Source: an uncultured delta proteobacterium (GTDB taxonomy: Bacteria > Desulfobacterota > Binatia > JACPRU01). Taken from it: a stretch of 64,000 nt of DNA. Of the stretch, positions 29,253-39,960 are shown in pieces. The DNA lies in assembly GCA_963745025.1 (NCBI GenBank), contig CAVUWD010000014.1:64001-128000 (forward strand), read 5' to 3'. The position numbers were made by a program, and so were the translations under genes. Positions within the stretch are counted from its first letter, which is position 1. Each line of letters begins with the position of its first letter. The notes beneath the pieces were generated by a model. That model did not search any database, was not told where the DNA came from, and saw only the letters and a list, made by a program, of their open reading frames with translations.

Positions 29253-29367
29253 CAGCAGCCCCCTCGACGCGGTACGGTGCCTTGCATTCTTGGCTCTCTA
29301 TCTCGTTCGAAAGATCGTGTCGATTCGCCTTGACTGCATGGCCGGCGACGCGCGAAACCTTGGTTCG

Positions 29368-29881
29368 ATGCGCTCGCTCCTGCTTTTTTGCGCGCTGCTT
29401 CTGCTACCGGCGAGCGTGGGCGCCAACCTGCTCAAGGAAGGCGACAAGGCGCCCGATTTCACGCTCACGGATCAGGGCGGAAAGCCCGTCCGACTCGCCG
29501 ATTTCCACGGGAAGTCGAACGTGGTCATCGCCTTCTACGTGATGGCGTTCACGCCCGGCTGAACGCAAGAGCTGAAAGCGTATCAGGCCGATGCGCCCGA
29601 GCTCCGGAAATCCGAGACGCGAGGTGTTAGCGATCAGCGTCGATGATCGAAAGACCGTGCGCGAATTTGCCGACTCGCTCGGCGCGTCGTATCCTCTTCT
29701 TTCGGACGAGACGCGGGAGGTCTCCAAATCCTATGGCGTCCTCGATGCGAGCGGGCGAATCGACCGGCGCGTCACCTTCGTCGTCGATCGTGAGGGAGTC
29801 ATCCGCAAGGTCGACGAAGGCATGGCCGCCGTCGATCCGAGCGCCGTCGTGAAGTTCTGCAGCGTCCTCAAACGCAAGTGA
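29368..29881 (+). CDS. Secreted peroxiredoxin (BCP/AhpC-TSA family), putative selenoprotein; one extra base near 29610-29620
   Basis: Signal peptide, [24 protein letters not shown] (TGA 29560-29562 at the peroxidatic Cys position), then EVLAISVD...LLSD...RVTFVVD in the +1 frame. Confidence 0.85.
29563..29595 (+). promoter_or_regulatory. Candidate bacterial SECIS hairpin
   Basis: Immediately after the UGA: CGCA(29564-67)/UGCG(29592-95) lower stem; CUGA(29572-75)/UCAG(29583-86) upper stem; G-containing apical loop AAGCGUA. Confidence 0.55.
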
Positions 29882-29892
29882 ACGGAGTCCCT

Positions 29893-30978
29893 ATGCGCGC
29901 CGCCGTCATGAGACAGAAGAAGCTCGTGGTCACCGATCTCCCCATGCCGGAGCCCGGCCCCGGCGAGGTGCTCGTCAAGACCCTCGCCTGTGGGATCTGC
30001 GGCTCGGACCTGCACGCGCTGAAGCACGCCGAGAAGCTCGTCGACAGCGCGCGACGGTCGGGCGGGCCGTTCGTAATGGACCTCGCACGCGACATCGTGA
30101 TGGGTCACGAGTTCTGCGCCGAGATCGTCGACCACGGCCCCGCGACCACCAAGGCGCTGAAGACCGGCACGCGCGTCTGCTCGCTGCCGGTGCTGATCCG
30201 GCCCACAGGCGTCGAGACCGTCGGCTACTCGAACGACAACCCGGGGGGTTACGGCGAGTACATGCGACTCACCGAGGCCCTCCTGCTCGAAGTGCCGGCG
30301 GGCCTTTCTACGGAGCACGCCGCCCTCACCGAGCCGCTGGCCGTCGGCCTGCATGCCGTCGAGAAATCGCGGCTCGACAAGCAGGACGTGCCGCTCGTCA
30401 TCGGCTGTGGGCCCGTCGGTCTCGCGGTGATCGCGGCGCTCCGCCTGAAGAACGTCCATCCGATCGTGGCCGCGGACTTCTCGAAGCGCCGGCGCGAGCT
30501 CGCGACGGCGCTCGGCGCCGACATCGTCGTCGATCCGGCCGAGAAGTCTCCCTACGAAAGCTGGAAGCAAGTGGCGACTTGGAGCGATCCCGCCGAGGCA
30601 CCGCCCTTGCCGCCCTGGATTCCCGGACCAGCGCTGCGGCCTGCGGTCATCTTCGAGTGCGTCGGCGTGCCCGGCGTCATCGACAAGATCATGATGTCGG
30701 CCCCGCCGGGAGCCCGCGTCGTGGTCGTCGGCGTGTGCATGGAGCGCGACTCGATCGAGCCGATGTTCGGCATCAACAAGGAGCTGAATCTGCAGTTCGT
30801 GCTCGGCTACACGCCCGAGGAGTTCGCCGCCACGCTCTACAACATCGCGGACGGCAAGATTCTGACCGAGCCGCTGATCACCGGCAAAGTCGGCGTCGAG
30901 GGAGTGGCCGGCGCCTTCGAAGAGCTCGCCTCGCCCGAGCGGCACGCGAAGATCCTCGTCGAGCCCTGGCGGAGCTGA
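29893..30978 (+). CDS. Zinc-binding (MDR) dehydrogenase
   Basis: CGICGSDLH, GHEF, GCGPVG, FECVG. Confidence 0.9.
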   Translation: MRAAVMRQKKLVVTDLPMPEPGPGEVLVKTLACGICGSDLHALKHAEKLVDSARRSGGPFVMDLARDIVMGHEFCAEIVDHGPATTKALKTGTRVCSLPVLIRPTGVETVGYSNDNPGGYGEYMRLTEALLLEVPAGLSTEHAALTEPLAVGLHAVEKSRLDKQDVPLVIGCGPVGLAVIAALRLKNVHPIVAADFSKRRRELATALGADIVVDPAEKSPYESWKQVATWSDPAEAPPLPPWIPGPALRPAVIFECVGVPGVIDKIMMSAPPGARVVVVGVCMERDSIEPMFGINKELNLQFVLGYTPEEFAATLYNIADGKILTEPLITGKVGVEGVAGAFEELASPERHAKILVEPWRS

Positions 30979-31082
30979 GCGCCGAGCGCGCGCCACGGAA
31001 CTCGGCATCGGGCGCTTCCTCTCGCCGACGCTCGAGCGAGGCGGTGGCTTGCGCCAGACCCGCTCGAGCGTATAGTCAGCGG

Positions 31083-31430
31083 ATGTCGATATCGAATGCC
31101 GATGGGAATGATCGAGACCTCTACGCCGGGCTGATCCGCCTCCACATCCTTCACCACGCGGCGCTCGAGTCGGTGTTCGGCTCGTGGATCACCGAAGAGC
31201 TCGCACGCCACGGATACCGGCTGAGCGCGGGAACCTTGTATCCGCTGCTCCATGGGCTGGAGCGTCGCGGCTATCTGCGCTCGAAGATCGAGCGCGCGGG
31301 CCGCCGGTCTCGGCGGATGTACCGGGCGACGCCGCGCGGCCGGCGGGCCCTCGTCGCCGCCAAAGGAAGAGTGCAGGAGCTGTTCGGCGAGCTGTTCGAA
31401 GAGAGGCTTCGGCCGAGGAGGTCGCGATGA
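31083..31430 (+). CDS. PadR-family transcriptional regulator
   Basis: LHILHHA, SAGTLYPLLHGLE..GYL, RRMYRATPRGR. Confidence 0.88.
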   Translation: MSISNADGNDRDLYAGLIRLHILHHAALESVFGSWITEELARHGYRLSAGTLYPLLHGLERRGYLRSKIERAGRRSRRMYRATPRGRRALVAAKGRVQELFGELFEERLRPRRSR

Positions 31431-31861
31431 ATGCTGTACGGGAGCGGTGGCGCCTCGCCGCCGGCTTGCTGCTCGTCCGCGCGATGATCGGTGGTGTCTT
31501 CCTCTCCGAAGGCATCCAGAAGTTCCTCTTCCCCGAGGCGCTCGGCGTCGGGCGCTTCACCCAGATCGGCATCCCGGTCCCCGCGCTGTCGGCGCCGTTC
31601 GTGGGAATCGTCGAGATCGCGTGCGGCGCGCTCACGCTCCTCGGCCTCTGGACGTCGCTGGCCACCCTGCCGCTTCTCGCCGATATGGCTGTCGCGATCG
31701 CCACGACCAAGGTGCCGATTCTCCTGCAGAAGGGCTTCTGGAGCATGGCCCATGAGGCGCGCACGGACTACTGCATGGTGCTCGGGTCGCTGACGCTCTT
31801 CCTCTTGGGCGGCGGTGCCTGGTCCGTCGACGCTGCGCGATGGCCGGAAAGAGAGCCATGA
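31427..31861 (+). CDS. DoxX-family membrane protein
   Basis: VFLSEGIQKF, HEARTD, GGGAWSVD; ATGA overlap with padR. Confidence 0.85.
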   Translation: MNAVRERWRLAAGLLLVRAMIGGVFLSEGIQKFLFPEALGVGRFTQIGIPVPALSAPFVGIVEIACGALTLLGLWTSLATLPLLADMAVAIATTKVPILLQKGFWSMAHEARTDYCMVLGSLTLFLLGGGAWSVDAARWPEREP

Positions 31862-31989
31862 GGAGGCCTGCAGGCTCGTCCGTGTCAGGGGCAGCGCTCG
31901 GCGCGCTGGCGCTCGTCGGTTCGGTCGTCGCGGCCGAGCCGCCGACGGGGGATTACCTGCCCGAGAACGCATCGGCGGCGGCGTCGGCG

Positions 31990-32983
31990 GCGTTGGCTCA
32001 CGCACGAGCAGTTTCTCGATCTTCTCGGTGCGACGAATCTGATTCCCGGGCCGAACTCGACCGAGATGGCGATCCACGTAGGCTACCTGCAGGCGGGCGC
32101 GCCAGGACTCCTCGTTGCCGGGGTCTCCTTCATCGTGCCAGCGGTGGTCATCGTGACCGCGGTCGCATGGGCGTACGTCCAATTCGGTTCGCTCCCGGTC
32201 GCCGTCGGATTGCTGTCCGGCGTCAAGCCGGTGGTCGTCGCCGTCGTCGTACAGGCGCTTTGGGGACTCGCGCGGAGCGCCGTCAAGACGACCGAGCTCG
32301 GTGCTCTCGCCGTCGCGGCAACGATCGCCAATGCCATGGGCGCGGACGAGCTGCTTGTGCTGTTCGCTGCCGGGCTCGTGGCCCTGGCGCTCCGCTCGCA
32401 GCGCAACCGCGTACGTTGCGCCGCCGCCGCCCCGCTCTTCCTCTCTCCAGGAGCGATAGCCGCGGCGCCGCTCAGCCTGGGCGCGCTCTTTCTCTTTTTC
32501 CTGAAGGTGGGCTCGGTGCTGTTCGGCAGCGGTTACGTGCTGATCGCCTTTCTGCGAGCGGACCTCGTCGGGCGATGGCATTGGCTGTCGGAAGCGCAGC
32601 TGCTCGATGCCGTGGCGGTCGGCCAGGTCACGCCGGGCCCCGTGTTCACCACCGCCACGTTCATCGGCTACGTCCTCGGCGGACTCTCTGGAGCGGCGGT
32701 CGCGACCGTCGGAATCTTCCTCCCCGCCTTCGTCTTCGTCGCGCTGAGCGGCCCGCTGGTGCCGCGCTTGCGGCGCTCCGCCGTCGCCGGCGCGTTTCTC
32801 GACGGCGTGACCGTCGCGTCCCTGGCTCTCATGGCGGTGGTCACGTGCAGGCTCGCGGCAGAGGCGATCGTCGACTGGCCTGCCGCGCTCTTGGCCTCGG
32901 CGAGCGCGGTGCTGCTACTCCGATTTCGCGTCAACTCGTCGTGGCTGGTGCTCGGCGGTGCGGTGGTCGGGCTGCTGCGATGA
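31990..32983 (+). pseudogene. chrA: Chromate efflux transporter (long-chain CHR), 5'-truncated
   Basis: WLTHEQFLDLLGATNLIPGPNSTEMAIH, FGSGYVL, GQVTPGP; the first FGG-containing helix and an in-frame start upstream of these motifs are missing; preceded out of frame by a signal-peptide-like ORF from 31858. Confidence 0.75.
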
Positions 32984-33017
32984 CGATCGACGGTCGAGCG
33001 CGGGTCGGGCGAGCTCG

Positions 33018-35396
33018 CTACGCGCGCTCGATCCGGCAGCGCACGTAGCGGTGGTGGGGAACGCCGGTGAACGGGTCGCGGTCGGCCACGTCGGTGAGCT
33101 CGTTCTGATTGGCGCCGTCGAGGTGCGTGCCGCCATTGCCCTCGACGGCGACTCTCATGCCAAAGCCGTTCGGCATCCATACGTGTCCCGGGAGCAGCTT
33201 ACTGTCGATCCGCGCGGGCAGCGTGACCGAGCCGCGCCGCGTCGAGATGCGCAGCGTGTCTCCGTCGTCGATGCCGAGATGCGTGGCATCCGCGGGCGAG
33301 AGATTGAGCGCGCAGTGCGGTCCGCGGCCCTTCCGCCACTTCGGATCGCGGTGGATCGTGTTGGCGGTCCAGCGCGTGCGCAGGCCGGCGGCCAGGACGA
33401 ACGGGTAGTCGGCATCGCTCGCCGGAGGAGCGGCCGCAGCGCGGCGGATTTCTTCGATCATCGCCTCGGGTGCGAGCCGGACGCGGCCGTCTTCGAAGCC
33501 GACGTGGTCCTCGAGGTTTCGCTCGGGGTCGATGCGCGCGACCTCCACGCCTTCCGGATGATCGAGGATTCGGCGGAAGATCTCGGTGCCGATCTCGAAC
33601 GGGCTCTTCTCCCGCCACTCGGCGCCGAGCGTGCGCAGAACGCTATCCCTGCGGAGCATCGCGTTCAGGTGACACTGGAGCCAGATCGCCGCCAGCGACG
33701 GCGCCGCGAGCTCGCGGCCGATCGTGCGGTAGCTCCAGAAGAGCACTCGCTCCTTGGCGATCTTCGCGTACTCGGGCTCGCTCGCCGCCAGCGCTTGCGC
33801 CGCGGCGAGGAACTTCCCCGCCCCCTCTGCATCGAGCGCATCCGCGCGCGAGCTCGGCGAGCGCCGCCGGCGGCTCGCCGAAGAGATTCATCGCCTCGGC
33901 CAGGCGCGCATAGATTTCCGGCTCCGGCAGCGCTTCGCCGAGCGCCGGAACGACGGGCGGCCGCACCTGGACGAAGATCTCCGGGTAGCCCTTGGGGAAG
34001 TTCGCCATTTCCCACTTCTCGTAGCCGACCGGCGTCGGCAGGACGTAGTCGGCGAGCACGCGCGGTCTCCGTCATGGCCGGCTCGATCACGACGAGGAGA
34101 TCGAGCCGTTCGCGCGCCTCGCGCCAGCGCGCGGTGTCGGAGTACGAGAGAAGCGGGTTCGATCCCTCGACGATGAGCGCACGCAGGCGCTCGGGGTGGT
34201 CGGCGAGCACCTCCTCGGGCACGAGGGTCGGCGAGAACATGGCGAAGTTGCCGAGCGCCGCGATCGCCGGAATGCCCGAGACGAGCGCGCGCTCGAGCTC
34301 GCGCCCGCGCGTGCGGCTCGCGTCCTTCACCGGCGGCAGCAGGGTCTCGATGAAGATGTTGCCGCCCGCGTCGCCCGACGTTGTCGGTCAGCGTGAGCAG
34401 GACGCGGATGAGGTAGGAGATCAGCGTCGAGAACGGCGTCTGCTCGACGCCGAGGTCGTAGAAGATCGCCGCCGACTCGGCGCGCGCGAAGCTCGGACGC
34501 CGTCTCGACCAGCGCGGCGGTGTCGATTCCCGAGCGTCGCGCCATCTCGTCCACGTCGACGGTCGCGAGCGCCTCGCGCAGGATCTCGAAGTCGCGTGTG
34601 CGCTCGCGCACGAACTCGTCGTCGACGAGCTCGTTTCGCACGATCGCCGCGGCCATGCCGAGGAGCAGATAGGCGTCGGTTCCGGGCCGCACGCGCAGGT
34701 GGCGGTGAGCGCCGCGGGTGGTCTCGGTCTCGCGCGGGTCGACCACCACCATGCGGCGCGCTGGGATCTTCGACGAAGCGCTTGAAGCTCTCGGTCGGGT
34801 TGTGGCCGCGGTTGCGAGATCCGCGGGTTGGTGCCGAGCACGAGAAGGAAGCGGGCGTTCTCCATGTCGGCATGGAAGAACGTCGCCGGCGAGGCGTCGA
34901 ACATCCACTGATCCATCAGGTTGTGCTGGGTCTTCTCCTGAGCGAAGGCGTTGAACCAGCGCCGCGAGCCGAGCGCGCGGAGAAACCCGAGACCGTAGGG
35001 CGCGTCCATGTGGTTGCCCTGGCCGCCGATGCCGACCAGGCCGATCGATCGCGGCGAGTGCTCGGCGCGGATCTCACGGAGCTTCGCGCCGATCTCGGCG
35101 ATTGCGGTGTCCCAGCCGACGCGCTCGAAGCTGCCGTCGGCGCGCCGGCGCAGCGGATGCTCGAGACGCTGTGCATGGTTCACGTAGAAGGGAATGCTGA
35201 CGGCCTTGTTGCAGATGTAGCCGGTCGTGATCGGGCTCGTTTCGTCGCCGCGAACGGCGGTGATCTTCCCCGCGCGGACGTCGACGCGCACGGCGCAGTT
35301 GTGGCTGCAGAGCACGCAGACGGTGGCGAGGTCGTCGCCGTCGAGCGCGAGCGGCGTCTTCGAAATCGAGGGATCGAGGGTTCGGGTCGCGGTCAT
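33018..35396 (-). CDS. Molybdopterin (Mo-bisPGD) oxidoreductase with N-terminal 4Fe-4S motif (frameshifted in this assembly)
   Basis: CVLCSHNC...GYICNK, RLEHPL, GTNPRIS, VDPRETET, ADYVLP, C-terminal PNGFG...DPFTG; split across several frames. Confidence 0.85.
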
Positions 35397-35881
35397 GAAT
35401 GGACTCCTTTCGCAATCGCCGAGCGGCGTCCGCGGAGGGCGGGCCCCGGCCGCACGGTCATGTCGCGCGCCCCCACGGGTTCTCCGCACTCGGGACAGGC
35501 CAGCGCGGGCATGACGTGGCGGCCGCAGCCACGATGGACGAGCTCGATCGGCGGCCCGGCCTTGCCGGCCATCCAGCGGTCGCCCCAACGCGTGAGCGAG
35601 ACGATGATCGGATAGAGATCTCGGCCCTTCTCCGTCAAGCGGTACTCGAAACGCGCCGGATGCTCCCGGTAGCGGACGCGCTCGAGGATCCCGTGTCGCA
35701 CGAGCTTTCGCAGGCGGTCGGCCAGGCGGTGACGCGTCGTGCCGAGATCGCGCTGGAAGTCCTCGAATCGACGGACGCCGAGAAACGCATCGCGCAGCAC
35801 GAGCAACGTCCAGCGATCGCCCACCACCGACAGAGCGCGCGCAACCGAGCAGGTCATGTCCCCGATCTGGCTCCAGCGCAT
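35393..35881 (-). CDS. HxlR-family winged-helix regulator
   Basis: CSVARALSVVGDRWTLLVLRD, EYRLTEKGRDL, C-terminal HRGCG..CPECG; ATGA overlap with the Mo-enzyme gene. Confidence 0.9.
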   Translation of the reverse strand: MRWSQIGDMTCSVARALSVVGDRWTLLVLRDAFLGVRRFEDFQRDLGTTRHRLADRLRKLVRHGILERVRYREHPARFEYRLTEKGRDLYPIIVSLTRWGDRWMAGKAGPPIELVHRGCGRHVMPALACPECGEPVGARDMTVRPGPALRGRRSAIAKGVHS

Positions 35882-35888
35882 GGCGGGC

Positions 35889-35918
35889 ACTATAAGTTCC
35901 AAATTAGAACTGAGTCAA
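35889..35918 (-). promoter_or_regulatory. Sigma70 promoter with operator palindrome; likely leaderless transcript
   Basis: TTGACT-N18-TATAGT-N7-ATG; spacer contains AGTTC-N7-GAACT (35895-35911); no RBS. Confidence 0.7.
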
Positions 35919-36145
35919 GCGAATCGGCAGTTTCTCCGTACGGTCGTCGGTGGATTGCCGGATCGGCGCGTGCGCGCCACGTCACGACCAGTCGAGGTGC
36001 TTCACCGCGACCGGGACTGCGGGGCGCTCGCGAGAGTTTCCGGCTTGCGCGAGCGATCCGCCTGCGGGGTCTGATTCGTTCGAACTTCCGCCTTGCGAGG
36101 AAGGAAGCAATTTCGATCGTGCCGCAACGTCCCCCCCTCGGGCAC

Positions 36146-37186
36146 TCACGCGAGCGGCGGGCCAGCCGGGAGGCCCGACGGCTCGCGCCAGCGACCCAGG
36201 AACTCCTCGGCGAGAGCACAGCCGCCGGCGAACGCTCCGCGCGGGTGTTTCATCGCCATCGCGATGAGGTCGACGATCCGGCGTTCGACCAGGTCGAGCA
36301 TCTCGCGATGTGTCGCGACCGACGTCGACACGTAGCCGAGCACTGCGCCCGCGTTGCAGATGAAATCCGGCAGGGCGAGAATGCCGCGCTCGCCGAGGAC
36401 CTCCGGCGCGCCGGCCACGTACGGAACGTTCGCGGCGGGCGCGATCACCCGAACCGCGACTCTCCGCGCCCGCTCGGCGTCGATCACGCCCGTTCGCGCT
36501 CCGGGCACGAGGACGTCGGCTGCGACGTCGAATAGGGCAGCGGGCGAGCGGACCTCGAGCCCGAGATGCCGGACGAGTTCGTCGCCGTGACTGGCCCGCA
36601 GCCGCCAGAGCTCCTCCACGTCGATCCCGCCCGCGTTCGCCACCGAGCCTGCGAGGGTCGACAGAGCAACGACCCGCGCGCCTCGTCGCACTGCCTCGCG
36701 GGCGGCGCCGCCCCCGACCTTGCCGAAACCTTCGATGGCGACCGACCGTCCGTGGAGCGAGCCGAGCGCCGCCTCGGCGGCGATGACGACGCCGAAGCCG
36801 GTGAGCACGTCCTCGAACGAGATTCCATCCATCGGCTGCGACATCACGCCCGTCTCACCGGGACGCCGCAGCGGCGCAAAGTCGGCCTCGAACGTCCCGA
36901 GGTCCGGACCGGTGAGAAAACGCACGGATTCGACGAGCGGCCGGATCTCCTCGCAGTAGCGCCGCATCAGCTCGACACGGTCTTCGGCATGGCCACGGAC
37001 GACCGCTTTGGCTCCGCCCATTTCGAGCCCGAGCGCCGCGAACTTGTAGGTCATCGCCCTCGCCAATAGGCGCGCCTCTCGTTCGCTCACGTCCGGTGCC
37101 AGCCTCGTCCCGCCGGCGTTGACGCGGCAATCGTCGAGATCGAAGGCGATGAAGCCGTCGACGTTCTTCAGTTGGAGAAGACCCAT
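36146..37186 (-). CDS. Glu/Leu/Phe/Val dehydrogenase family
   Basis: GGTR, MTYKF, GGAKA, GPDLGT, EGFGKVG, PDFICNAG. Confidence 0.88.
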   Translation of the reverse strand: MGLLQLKNVDGFIAFDLDDCRVNAGGTRLAPDVSEREARLLARAMTYKFAALGLEMGGAKAVVRGHAEDRVELMRRYCEEIRPLVESVRFLTGPDLGTFEADFAPLRRPGETGVMSQPMDGISFEDVLTGFGVVIAAEAALGSLHGRSVAIEGFGKVGGGAAREAVRRGARVVALSTLAGSVANAGGIDVEELWRLRASHGDELVRHLGLEVRSPAALFDVAADVLVPGARTGVIDAERARRVAVRVIAPAANVPYVAGAPEVLGERGILALPDFICNAGAVLGYVSTSVATHREMLDLVERRIVDLIAMAMKHPRGAFAGGCALAEEFLGRWREPSGLPAGPPLA

Positions 37187-37242
37187 GGAAACTGGCTCTC
37201 CACTGCCGTCCGCACCACCCGCATTCGCACGTCATCCACTCA

Positions 37243-38208
37243 CTACTTGATGGCCTGCGGATTGATCGGCGATCCAACCGCTCCGGTAATCGGCAACGGC
37301 GGGGCGACGAAGAAGAACTCATAGACGCCGTCCTGCGCACAATCGGCGGCGAGCGGATCGAGATCGAAGATCTCGCCGATCAGGATTCCCGTGTGCACGA
37401 GCGACACGCAGTGGATCGGCTGCAAGACGTCGGGCGTCTCGTTGGGCAGGACCTCGGTGCCCCACGTGTCGGTGGCAAAGCCGGCGATCTCCTTCTCGTA
37501 GATCCATTGGGCGCAGGCGAGGCTCAAGCCCGGCGCATCGCTGGTGCCCGCGTAGCTTCCCCAGGCTCCCTGCTTGCGGCACATCGCCATCTGCCCCGTG
37601 CGGATGAGCACGATGTCGCCACGCTCGACCGATACGCCTTCGGCCTTGGCGGCGCCGTCGAGGTCTTCGGGATAGACCGCCTCCCCCGGCTCCAGCCAGT
37701 CCTTCTTCTTCAGGCTCGGGATGTCGAGGAGCACGCCGCGCGTGGCGAGCTTGTTGCGGAGCGGCACGATGCTGTTCTTCTCCGCGCCGTTGCTGTTGAC
37801 GGCCGATGGGGGCCGGTCGTTGTACATCTTTCCATCGAAGAAGATGTGGGCCAGGGCATCCCATTGCGTGGCGCACTGGAGCGGCATGACGATCGCATCG
37901 TCCGTGTAGCGCAGCGTCGGGATCCAGTCCTGCGCGCCCGACACGACATCGCCGCCGTCCTGCATCATGTAGTGAATGGGATTCACCCGCCCGGCGAAGC
38001 CCGTCTGTGGCCCGTCCTTGTCGAACGGAATCGCCAGCCCGAAGATCCTTCCCTGGCGCACCAGCCGCGCGGCCGCGCAGACCTTCTCCGGGGTGATGAA
38101 GTTCACGGTTCCGAGCTCGTCGTCCGCGCCCCACCGCCCCCAGTTCGAAAACCGCTTCGCCATCTCGCGGACGTCGCGCACGGTGAACGACAGCTTCTTC
38201 GCACTCAT
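37243..38208 (-). CDS. Cyclase-family metal hydrolase (kynurenine formamidase-like)
   Basis: NWGRWGADDELGT, TQWDALAH, RGVLLD, GEIFDL, GSPINP. Confidence 0.9.
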   Translation of the reverse strand: MSAKKLSFTVRDVREMAKRFSNWGRWGADDELGTVNFITPEKVCAAARLVRQGRIFGLAIPFDKDGPQTGFAGRVNPIHYMMQDGGDVVSGAQDWIPTLRYTDDAIVMPLQCATQWDALAHIFFDGKMYNDRPPSAVNSNGAEKNSIVPLRNKLATRGVLLDIPSLKKKDWLEPGEAVYPEDLDGAAKAEGVSVERGDIVLIRTGQMAMCRKQGAWGSYAGTSDAPGLSLACAQWIYEKEIAGFATDTWGTEVLPNETPDVLQPIHCVSLVHTGILIGEIFDLDPLAADCAQDGVYEFFFVAPPLPITGAVGSPINPQAIK

Positions 38209-38269
38209 GGCTCGCCCCCCTCTGTTGCTCGCCTAAAAGTCCCCCAGGAGGAAACGCACCGGGCTCCTC

Positions 38270-39883
38270 CTAGATGATCCTCTCGGCAAGGAACACCCCG
38301 ACCCTGTCGATCGCGATTCGCTCCTGCCGGCCGGTGTCGCGATAGCGAACCGTCACGGTCTCGTCCTGGACGGTCTGACCGTCGATCGTGAAGCAGAACG
38401 GCGTGCCCGCCTCGTCCATCCGCGCGTAGCGCTTGCCGATCGATCTGCTTCACGTCGAACTGCGACGGACGACTCGATTGCGGATGTCGTGGTAGAGCTT
38501 CTCGGCGATCTCGGGCATGCCGTCCTTGTTCACGAGCGGGAAGATCGCCCGCCTTGATGGGCGCCAGGCGCGGGTGGAAGCTCATGCAGCTCTGGCTCGG
38601 GCGCGAGCTCGTCGACGCGTGTAGGCCTCGCAGAGCACCGCCAGCAGGCCGCGCGTGAGCCCCGCGGCCGGCTCGATCACGTGCGGGAGGTAGCGCTCGT
38701 TCCGCTCCTGGTCGAAGTACTCGAGGCCGACGCCGCTCGCCTTCTGATGCTGGGCGAGATCGAAGTCGCTGCGGTAGGCGATGCCCTCGAGCTCGCTGAA
38801 GCCCTTCTCCCCGGAGAACGGGAAATGCGTACTCGACGTCGCAGCAGCCGCCGTTGTCCTTCGCGTAGTGCGCGAGCTCGTCCTTCTCGTGGTCGCGCAG
38901 GCGAAGGTTTTCGCCCGCGAGGCCGAGCTTGCACCACCAGTCGTAAGCGGTTCTTCGCGCCAGAAGTGGTACCAGTCGTTCGCCTCGCTCGGGTGGCACG
39001 AAGAACTCGAGCTCCATCTGCTCGAACTCGCGCGAGCGGAAGATGAAGTTCCGCGGCGTGACCTCGTTGCGGAATCCGCTTGCCGACCTGGCGATGCCGA
39101 ACGGCACCTTCACGCGCGTCGAGTCGAGCACGTTCTTGAAGTTGTAGAACATCCCCTGCGCCGTCTCGGGCCGGAGATAGGCCTTGCTCTCCTCGTCGAC
39201 GCAGGCGCCGACGTAGGTCTCGAACATCAGGTTGAACTGCCGCGGCTCGGTGAGCGTCCCGCCGCAGACCGGGCATGGGATCACGAGCTCGCTCCCGCCG
39301 CTCGCCAGCAGCTCGAGCAAGCGCTCCACGCGCCGATCGGCCGGCGGGTGCTCGTTGAATGGGACGATCCATGCCTCGATCGTCGACGGGTCACGCACCG
39401 CGAGCAACCCCGGCGCGAGCTTTTTGCCCTTGTGCTGGACCCATTTCCTGAGCGCCGCCGCGGTGATCGGATCTTCTTCGAGCACGTCCAGCAGCGAGTC
39501 CACCCACTCGCTTTCCTCGTAGAGGAGCGGCCAGACCTGGTCGGCGCGATGGCGGGCTTGCAGTGCCTGCAGTCCTGCATCGGATCGGCGAAGCCCGCGA
39601 CGTGGCCGCTCGCCTCCCACACTTTGGGATGGCTGATGATCGAGCAGTCGAGACCGACGATGTCGAGCTCTTTGCCGTCGGGTCCGGTCGGCGGGGCCAG
39701 CACCATGTCGCGCCACCAGCGGTCGCGAATGTTGTTCTTGAGCAGCACGCCGAGCGGGCCGTAGTCCCAGAACCCGTCGATGCCTCCGTAGATCTCGGAC
39801 GACTGGAAGATGAATCCGCGCCGCCGGCAGAGCGCGACGATGGCATCCATGCTCTTGGTGGAGTTCGAGATCGCTCCGGTCAT
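38270..39883 (-). CDS. glyQS: Glycine--tRNA ligase, alpha2 type (frameshifted in this assembly)
   Basis: [65 protein letters not shown]. Confidence 0.9.
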
Positions 39884-39960
39884 CGCAGCTCCGTCCGTCG
39901 AGAGAAGAAGGCGCGGACAATACGCGAATCGATCGCGCCCGACAACGACGATCGCGGCGC

